A stretch of DNA of 57,318 nt, taken from contig NC_069005.1 of assembly GCF_001194135.2 (NCBI RefSeq), positions 25,888,887-25,946,204 of the forward strand, written 5' to 3'. The notes beneath the pieces were generated by a model. It was not told where the DNA came from and made no database searches. It was given only the letters and a program-made list of their open reading frames with translations. This document shows, one piece after another, positions 48,301-57,318 of this stretch. How positions within the stretch are numbered: the stretch's first letter is position 1; each line of letters opens with the position of its first letter. Both the position numbers and the translations under genes were made by a program. This DNA comes from Octopus bimaculoides. Taxonomy: Eukaryota.

Positions 48301-49355
48301 TGTGAGGGGCAAGATCGCCGTGTTACCGATATATCAAGGTGTTTCTTGATAGAGGTGTGTAACTCAGTATGTACACGTGCTTTTCTGAGGAACTTCGCTG
48401 CTCAACTGTCGTAACTGGGAAACAGAAGGGCAGATAACTCTCTTTTACTGGCGAGAACGAGGGCACTTCTTACCCGGTCATTCCACTTGATTTGCTAGAA
48501 ATACCAGTCAATTTTCCTTTCATTCGCACCATTGGTTGTTATAATTCCTTGATTTATGAATTGACTGGATGGTCACTACTGGGACGCCTATCATCATAGG
48601 TCTTTTCGATCAAAGTTAACCCGTGCTTAAACTATAATTCTTTCTATTATAGACACAAAGGCATGACATTTTGGAGGAGGGGGTTACTCGATTACATCGA
48701 CCCCAGTGCTCGACTGGTAGTTAGTTTATTGACTCTTAAGGGATGGTGGCAAAGTCGACCTCAACGGGATTTGAACTCTGAACGTAAAGACGGAGTGAAT
48801 GCCGCTGAGAATTTTGTCCGGCGTGCTAATGATACTGCCAGCCCGTCGCCTTTGGTGGTTAAACGATACCAGCTCTCTTTCACAGACATAAACGAATAAA
48901 CCAGCGAAGAACCTCCTATGTGGTCGTTCGGCCTGCTTAAAAAAGTAACCAAATTCCCTCAAATTACACCATGCCGTGCATGGTACCCAGTGCACACACG
49001 CACACACACAAATCTCCAAAGAGAGGATCGAATCATCGGGTCTTCTTGAAGACCAAGGGGAACTGCAACTGTATCTTAAACTCATGAAATGACTTTGTAG
49101 GGTCAGCACATGGAAGAGGAGGGTGCAAAAGCCTTGAAAATCTCTAAGGTACACCATTTGTCACGACGGCGCTCTCTACGACTCCATGAATGAATTGAGG
49201 ATCTCAGGTGGTAGGCTCCCTGAGAGTGTTGAGAGTTCATACAAGGGCTTAGGGAGGCGTTAAATGTTTACATGGATCGTGATTTTTCTTAGAAACAAAA
49301 TATTTATAACAGGTACGATATTAGGAATGAGAACTCAGGTTCGAAATTTCCCCAA

Positions 49356-49401
49356 GACACCTTATGAAGGCTGGAGGGTTTATCAGCCGAAACGTTGTGT
49401 T
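49356..49401 (+). ncRNA. Degenerate hammerhead motif (core G5U) in a Penelope-like remnant
   Basis: GACAC-CUUAUGA-A-GGCUG...CAGCC-GAAA-CGUU-GUGUU. Confidence 0.5.
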
Positions 49402-49599
49402 AGCAACAGACAAGATGAGGACAAATATCCGTCAAATGTAAATAATGTACGTAATTCCTCATCTCTTAAATATAGAACAGGTCCAATATTATATTTAAAT
49501 ATATTTTCAAATAAATAAATAAGATAATAATAGTCCTTGTCGAATTTCGAATATAACTGAGACATTGGTACTGGAGAATGTATCACACCAGCTGACATT

Positions 49600-50400
49600 C
49601 CAGGTGAGCTATTTATCCCACTTCTCGTTCGAACGGGGAAAACTGGTTATCCTGTCCGAATGCCTCCTGATGCGGCGGTCGAGACCACAGGCTCAAGTTG
49701 TGTTGGAAAATCAACAACCTCGAGGTTACGAAGTCTGAGTCATTCACGGACAGATTTTTTTTTCCACATACATCTGTCGTTGTTGAAAACCCTGACGTCT
49801 TCAGTTTCTGGAATAAATGCACTTCTTCAAATTGCGATGAAGATGTCTGTGCATCGGTGATTCTCTGAAGTTTGACTTCCAGATCTGTGAGACTTTCAAA
49901 TGCTGCTGCGGATCCGTTGTGAAGTCTTTCGGCCTCCACCCACTGTCATGTCATTGTAGTAGTCCTGGCTGTCTTCCACGCCATGCTGCTCTCAATAAAG
50001 TATAACCTAGACACTGCAGGTTTCCCTTCCCAGCTTGAGCCAGCGGGGATAGACCGAGGGGACGGTAAAAGGCCTGACAGCATGACAATTTTCTTGTTCC
50101 GCGGTGATAGACCCCTCATCTGAAATTCCACACGCTGTGACACCTTCTCCGACGGCAACCTGGTGTGTTCAGCTGCTGGCCCAGGTCGAGATTGGCAAAC
50201 TGTCAAAGTATCGGCTGCTCTCTAATAGATTTGTGGTCGAGCCTGTGCCAGTGAAGAGCTCCGACGTTCTCGGCCCTAGGATCACATCCCTGCTTACTGC
50301 TATCGGGTCGGAGGTGGCTGTTCCAGTGCATCTCCCTCATCATCTTCAGGAGCAACGCCTTTTCCATTTTGTCCACTGGGACCGAGAGGCAGATTGACAA
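49600..50400 (+). pseudogene. CRE-like RLE retroelement remnant
   Basis: GDGKRPDSMTIF...RPLI*NSTRCDTFS, then a frameshift to KYRLLSNRFVVEPVPVKSSDVLGP. This is the PD..D endonuclease C-terminus with stops. Confidence 0.6.
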
Positions 50401-51153
50401 GCCTTTTTTTTAGATATTACTTCTCGTTTTATATAACCAATCATGATTTAACGAAGTGCATAATATGTAATTTAATTATCACATATATAAATAATACAGG
50501 TGGCCAACCAGAGGGTAAAAAAAACGACGAAAACCAGTGAAACAGTCACTGAATCAATGGATATCGTTGGCTGCTCGGGGCAACGCTGCTGTTATATTCT
50601 CCGCGGAACATAAATGAAACAAATATATTCAACAGAAAATGTTGAAATTTGTTTTCACTCTTTTTCCTCGCCTTACCAAGAATAGATCGGATTGACATAG
50701 ACTCTTATATTGAAGAAAGCTGATTCTACAACATGTTTATATAAGATATGAATCCCTGTCAAGAAAGTTTTACACGAGGAATTATGACTTAATACTTATA
50801 CATAGATAAGATTTGAAAATTTTAATCACATCTATCAATACACCAATAACATTATTTGTTTATTAATTCCACATTGCTTTCTTTTTTTTATTATTTTCTT
50901 ATCGGTCTTCCTTTCTTTCCATAGTTCTTTTTTTCTTTGTGCATATGATGGAGCGATTGATTTACTTATTCATTCATTTATCGATTTAAACACATATTTG
51001 TCTTATTTTAATTGATTTACTAATACCTTTACCAGTCAAGCGTTCCTTCCTCCCTACCTCCGTTATTTTCTTCTTTAATTCCTTCATTTCTTTGTTTGTT
51101 GTTTGTTTTTCTGGCAGTTTTATACTTCTGTAGGGTTGAAAAAAAAAATTCAA

Positions 51154-51792
51154 ATGTCGTTGCCTCCAGTAAGTCGGACAGGACGCCAATCCGTCTTTTC
51201 TCGGACCAGACGTTGTTTCAAGAGGTTGTTTGGGAGTTGTACTAGAAGAAATTCTGTCGGTCCTGATCCCAACCCTACAGAAAGAGTATCTGGCCATCGT
51301 GTTCCTCGTAGTCTCTTCATAAACGCAGAACCAAGAACGGTTACTGTCAAAGATGCCGAAGAAGAGAAGCTGGAGGTAGAAGAAGAAGAAGAAGAAGAGG
51401 AAGAGGAAGAAGAAGAAGAGGAAGAGGAAGAAGAGGAAGAGGAAGTGGAGGATAGCGAATACGATGAGAAAACTGAGCAGGGGAAGGAACAGGAAGAAGG
51501 AAAGGTCGAAGGAAGAGAAGTGGAGACGAGACATCAGAGTGAATTAAAAGAGCTGGGGATGATGAGAATGACAGAGAGGAAAAGCTTGGAAGATCTAGAA
51601 TTAGCAGAGCTGAAGGAACTGGAAGATGAGGTGATGCAGGAACTGGAAGAGTTGGACTGGCTCGTAAAACGGAAGAAACAGCTAAGGGAGAAAGCGAAAT
51701 CTGAGAAGTTGGCGCAGATGATGGAGAATCCAGAATTGGTGAAAGAGATAGAGTACTTGGAAAGGTGGAAGAGTTGGATGTTTCACCACTGA
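51154..51792 (+). CDS. Orphan Glu-rich / coiled-coil protein (212 aa from first ATG); no family recognised
   Basis: Long open frame: basic N-terminus, poly-E tract, helical L/E/K-rich C-terminus. A polypyrimidine tract and tag| acceptor at 51133 precede it. Part of the openness is due to GAR repeats. Confidence 0.55.
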   Translation: MSLPPVSRTGRQSVFSRTRRCFKRLFGSCTRRNSVGPDPNPTERVSGHRVPRSLFINAEPRTVTVKDAEEEKLEVEEEEEEEEEEEEEEEEEEEEEEVEDSEYDEKTEQGKEQEEGKVEGREVETRHQSELKELGMMRMTERKSLEDLELAELKELEDEVMQELEELDWLVKRKKQLREKAKSEKLAQMMENPELVKEIEYLERWKSWMFHH

Positions 51793-54700
51793 AATACAAA
51801 AACAAACAAAAAAAAAGCCTCCCAGAAACATGTACAATCAGTCTAAATTTGTAACGATAATGTAAACTACTACGATTGGTTTGATTCAAAAATACAGATA
51901 CTTCAGCATATGGTTAATGTATTTAATGTTTAAAGCATACGCGCGCGCTCATTCACAAACTATATGTACCTTTTAATCCTTTGAGATTAAGGATCTGCAC
52001 CCAAACAGAGTTTAGCCCTGGGCTAAACTGTATAGAAGACCATTAGCTGTCCACGCAGCAGGTCCCTACCAACCGTGTTCTCCAATAGATGTGAAAAGGC
52101 CACTACAGATTGGCACCAATCTTGTGTCAAAGATTTCTAAAACGAAGTTGAAAGACAGCTTTAGACTACTTTACAGACTCCTCCTATTTATCGTTGATTT
52201 AACCGAACCCTATGTTTGATTGGTACTGGTATTTTTTTCTTCTATGATGAATAGCGAAGTTGATCTTCGTCTGACATTAATACTTAACTGTTTGATTATT
52301 ATTCTGTAAGATATTGTAATTTATTTTAATTTTACATTTTATCACGACTCTTTCTGGCATATATATATGTATANNNNNNNNNNNNNNNNNNNNNNNNNNN
52401 NNNNNNNNNNNNNNNNNNNNNNNNNNNNNNNNNNNNNNNNNNNNNNNNNNNNNNNNNNNNNNNNNNNNNNNNNNNNNNNNNNNNNNNNNNNNNNNNNNNN
52501 NNNNNNNNNNNNNNNNNNNNNNNNNNNNNNNNNNNNNNNNNNNNNNNNNNNNNNNNNNNNNNNNNNNNNNNNNNNNNNNNNNNNNNNNNNNNNNNNNNNN
52601 NNNNNNNNNNNNNNNNNNNNNNNNNNNNNNNNNNNNNNNNNNNNNNNNNNNNNNNNNNNNNNNNNNNNNNNNNNNNNNNNNNNNNNNNNNNNNNNNNNNN
52701 NNNNNNNNNNNNNNNNNNNNNNNNNNNNNNNNNNNNNNNNNNNNNNNNNNNNNNNNNNNNNNNNNNNNNNNNNNNNNNNNNNNNNNNNNNNNNNNNNNNN
52801 NNNNNNNNNNNNNNNNNNNNNNNNNNNNNNNNNNNNNNNNNNNNNNNNNNNNNNNNNNNNNNNNNNNNNNNNNNNNNNNNNNNNNNNNNNNNNNNNNNNN
52901 NNNNNNNNNNNNNNNNNNNNNNNNNNNNNNNNNNNNNNNNNNNNNNNNNNNNNNNNNNNNNNNNNNNNNNNNNNNNNNNNNNNNNNNNNNNNNNNNNNNN
53001 NNNNNNNNNNNNNNNNNNNNNNNNNNNNNNNNNNNNNNNNNNNNNNNNNNNNNNNNNNNNNNNNNNNNNNNNNNNNNNNNNNNNNNNNNNNNNNNNNNNN
53101 NNNNNNNNNNNNNNNNNNNNNNNNNNNNNNNNNNNNNGAGTGTTTATTGAGAGAAAACACCTAAAACTCCACGAGGCTCCGGCAGAGGATGGTGGCGAAC
53201 CCTGCTGTACTCTTTCACCACAACTTTCTCTCACTCTTACTTCCTGTTTCTGTTGTACCTGTAATTCACAGGGTCAGCCTTGTCACACTGTGTCACGCTG
53301 AATGTCCCCGAGAACCACGTTAAGGGTACACGTGTCTGTGGAGTGCTCAGCCACTTGCATGTTAATTTCACGAGCAGGCTTGCCAGTCCTCAGTCAAATC
53401 GTCCAAGCCATGCTAGCATGGAAAGCAGACGTTAAACGATGATTATGGTGATGATGATGATGTATGTATTGAAAGAAACATCTAGGTTTCTTTCCCTGAC
53501 ATTTTACATAGTTCAATCTATACAGGTTAGTGTGAAAAACAAAATAAGAATTTTGTAAGAAGTTTCAATAAAACTAGTTTTTAAACATCAAATGGCTATG
53601 CGGGTCCACCAGAATAAAATAGTAATCAAAGGGGTCCTTAATTAAAAAATGGCTGTGAACCCATGGTCTAACCAAACATTCTGATCAGTTGACTAGAATT
53701 TTTACAAATAGAAAATGAATCACAAATAACCATTGGTCAATACAGGCGTAGGCATGGCTGTGTGGTAAGAAGCTTGCTTCCCAACCACATGGTTCCAGGT
53801 TCAGTCCCACTGCATGGCACCTTCGATAAATGTATTTTGCTATAGCCTCTGGCTGACCAAAGCCTTGTGAGTGGATTTGGTTGACAGAAACTGAACGAAA
53901 CCTGTTGTATATATCAATGTGTGTGTGTGTGTGTCTTTGTGTATGTGTTTGTCCCTCTCCACCACTTGACAACTGGTGTTGGTGTGTTTACATCCCTGTA
54001 ACTTAGTGGTTTGATGAAGAGACTGATAGAATATGTAGCAGGCTTAAAAAAATAAAACAAATACTGGGGTCGATTCATTNNNNNNNNNNNNNNNNNNNNN
54101 NNNNNNNNNNNNNNNNNNNNNNNNNNNNNNNNNNNNNNNNNNNNNNNNNNNNNNNNNNNNNNNNNNNNNNNNNNNNNNNNNNNNNNNNNNNNNNNNNNNN
54201 NNNNNNNNNNNNNNNNNNNNNNNNNNNNNNNNNNNNNNNNNNNNNNNNNNNNNNNNNNNNNNNNNNNNNNNNNNNNNNNNNNNNNNNNNNNNNNNNNNNN
54301 NNNNNNNNNNNNNNNNNNNNNNNNNNNNNNNNNNNNNNNNNNNNNNNNNNNNNNNNNNNNNNNNNNNNNNNNNNNNNNNNNNNNNNNNNNNNNNNNNNNN
54401 NNNNNNNNNNNNNNNNNNNNNNNNNNNNNNNNNNNNNNNNNNNNNNNNNNNNNNNNNNNNNNNNNNNNNNNNNNNNNNNNNNNNNNNNNNNNNNNNNNNN
54501 NNNNNNNNNNNNNNNNNNNNNNNNNNNNNNNNNNNNNNNNNNNNNNNNNNNNNNNNNNNNNNNNNNNNNNNNNNNNNNNNNNNNNNNNNNNNNNNNNNNN
54601 NNNNNNNNNNNNNNNNNNNNNNNNNNNNNNNNNNNNNNNNNNNNNNNNNNNNNNNNNNNNNNNNNNNNNNNNNNNNNNNNNNNNNNNNNNNNNNNNNNNN

Positions 54701-55229
54701 NNNNNNNNNNNNNNNNNNNNNNNNNNNNNNNNNNNNNNNNNNNNNNNNNNNNNNNNNNNNNNNNNNNNNNNNNNNNNNNNNNNNNNNNNNNNNNNNNNNN
54801 NNNNNNNNNNNNNNNNNNNNNNNNNNNNNNNNNNNNNNNNNNNNNNNNNNNNNNNNNNNNNNNNNNNNNNNNNNNNNNNNNNNNNNNNNNNNNNNNNNNN
54901 NNNNNNNNNNNNNNNNNNNNNNNNNNNNNNNNNNNNNNNNNNNNNNNNNNNNNNNNNNNNNNNNNNNNNNNNNNNNNNNNNNNNNNNNNNNNNNNNNNNN
55001 NNNNNNNNNNNNNNNNNNNNNNNNNTTGCAAAAACAGTAGTATCTTTCTTTTTTTACTTTTTGTTACAATCTTTAATTTTTGATAAAATTTTTTAAATGT
55101 TTGTTTAAATAAACCCATTTCAAAAAAGTATCAAGTGGGCCGCAAGATAAAAGTCTGCAGGCCACATTCGGCCTGTGGGCCTCAGGTTGGCCAGCCCTGA
55201 ACAAAACCATTAACCCTGACAATGTCTCT

Positions 55230-56241
55230 TCCATTAACCTCAAACAATGCACCCTAAAGTTAGCTTCTATATTCATCAAACAGTTCAATCTCTCCCTTTC
55301 AAGAGGAGTATACTTTGATCATTCTAAACACAACAGTGTGTTCCATTCACAAGAAGGACAACCTTTCTAAACTGCCATCCTATTAGACTCACTTCCAATA
55401 TCTCAAGGATAATGGTAATAGCCTTCAGCTGGCATTCTCCATCATCTTGAATCTATTTCTCTCATAAATGGTCCCGTAGTGGCGTGAAATTATGGCCACC
55501 ATTAAGGAAGTACAATCTGCGCATGCGCAAGGGACTTGCCTTCCCGGAAGCCCCTCCAGTGCGCATGCGTAGTAAAACCAGTACTTAAAGCGCTACTTTC
55601 GTTTTCTAACACTTGAGCGTTCTACTGTTTCTTAATATATATTTTTGTTGAAAGGTGATAGAGAGAGACTAATGTCTCTATTGCAACTATCAACCTTTTA
55701 CAGTCCTTAGCATGATTTCTCCAATGAAAGCTGCCCAACTATGGGCTCTGTTTGCCTCTCATATCTTGGATCAATAGTTTCCTGATGTGGCATTTGCTGA
55801 TAGAACTCTCTCTAGTAAATCTGGTGTGTTCCAGGCTTTGGTTCTATACCCAACATTTTCCCTTCTATACATCAGTCGTCTACTCGTCATCATCATGTCT
55901 AGCTGCAGTCACTTCATTCTTCCCTAACCTTTCTCCTCCAAAAGTCATCCACACGCAACCTAGACATCTCACAACACACCTACACTGACTCCATCAAAGA
56001 AACCGTGAAAACATCTTCCAGTGAAGTCAAACAAATATTTTCTCCTTCAACAGTAAAAAAAAAAAAAAAAAAATTCAATGCAGGAGTGGCTGTGTGGTAA
56101 GTAGCTTGCTTACCAACCACATGGTTACGGGTTCAGTCCCACTGCGTGGCACCTTGGGCAAGTGTCTTTTACTATGGCCTCGGGCCGACCAAAGCCTTGT
56201 GAGTGGATTTGGTAGACAGAAACTGAAAGAAGTCTGTCGTA

Positions 56242-56284
<43 letters not shown>

Positions 56285-56900
56285 CTGTTTGTCCCCCCAA
56301 CATCGCTTGACAACCGATGCTGGTGTGTTTACGTCCCCGTCACATAGCAGTTCGGCAAGAGAGTCAGATAGAATAAGTACTAGGCTTACAAAGAATAAGT
56401 CCTGGGGTCGATTTGCTCGACTAAAGGCGGTGCTCCAGCATGGCCGCAGTCAAAATGACTGAAACAAGTAAAAGAATATAAAAAAATCACAACCACTGCC
56501 TGTCTCAAAGAACCATTACTACATTTCACACCACTTAAGTATGATCAACATGCAGCTACAGCCCAAACAATAGGTCTCAGTATCACTGAAAATTTCTCAT
56601 GGGGAATATATCTCCTTAACCTAGGAGTATCAAAGACTGGTCTTTCTATTTGGAGCCGGAAAATATTTCAGGCTCCGATAACTATAGGTATTTTAAAATG
56701 CTCCGTTGAGGTCTACAATGGAATACTGCTCCCATATCTGAGAAGGTGCAGCTGCACATATATTCTAGCCTGCATGCAGAGAAAGGCCACACAACTAATT
56801 GGTACAGAATCACCCTTGGACAACCAACGACCCATCATCTCTCTTTGTTTTCTATTCAGCTACTCTACACAAGTCTCTACTTCTCGGAGTTGGTAGTCTC
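55230..56900 (+). mobile_element. Fragmented CR1/L2-type LINE, interrupted by younger insertions
   Basis: GVFQALVLYPTFSLLYISRL (the GVPQGSVL.P.LF.LYINDL motif) and RSTMEYCSHI*EGAA...MQRKATQLIG. Confidence 0.6.
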
Positions 56901-57318
56901 ATGTCACTGACACCCCCTATTCCCTCGTCTTTCTTTCATTACCCATGCAGTGTCTTATCCCTCCTAGGTTTCTCATTAAGTACTACCCTCTGTTTTTCCT
57001 CCTCAGAATATTAGCTGAAATTTTCTCCCTGTTCACGTCTTTACTTGCAGCCATTGACTTGAAATAGTTTAAGCAAAACGTTAACAACATCAATCCCTGG
57101 TTTTTTGGAGGATCGGCGAAAGCCACGAACACTGGTCTTTTCTCAACTCGTTGCAAGAACCAACGAACCAACAAACAAACAAACAAATCATTGTTTAACG
57201 CCAAATTGAAAAAATGAGCAAAACCAAACTTAAAATGAGTCGCTTTTCCCTCACTACATTAAAAACGATGCTCTCCTTCCCACCCAAACCTTACAGTAAT
57301 TATTTTCTATGATAATGG

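Overview
AT-rich, intron- and repeat-rich eukaryotic genomic DNA with assembly gaps. It is probably an octopus: I infer this from the tRNA-headed SINE families, RTE 3' tails and microsatellite load, and have not verified it. I assembled exons by hand from splice sites and phase, since most are too short for the ORF track. Genes: (1) the 3' part of ERCC6L/PICH, a SNF2 DNA translocase (+, 928-18412, 12 visible exons; one motif exon is probably hidden in an N gap); (2) a four-exon, 153-aa single-pass membrane protein with a 19-Cys tail that I do not recognise (-, 31239->22472), head-to-head with (3) ESS2/DGCR14 (+, 31850-43225, 8 exons, complete); (4) TIMM10 (-, 48169->44093, 2 exons, complete); (5) an orphan Glu-rich ORF (+, 51154-51792); and (6) a tentative phase-compatible exon chain nested antisense in the TIMM10 intron. 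The rest is a dense mix of tRNA-derived SINEs, RTE/CR1/R4-like/CRE-like LINE remnants, mariner, hAT-like and TTAA (piggyBac-like) MITEs, and Penelope-type remnants carrying minimal hammerhead-ribozyme motifs. Two fold-back elements carry telomeric (CCCTAA)n cores, and a 26-bp minisatellite has grown out of an RTE 3'UTR stem-loop. The best candidate for something undescribed is the Cys-rich membrane-protein gene. No CRISPR, rRNA or functional tRNA genes were found.
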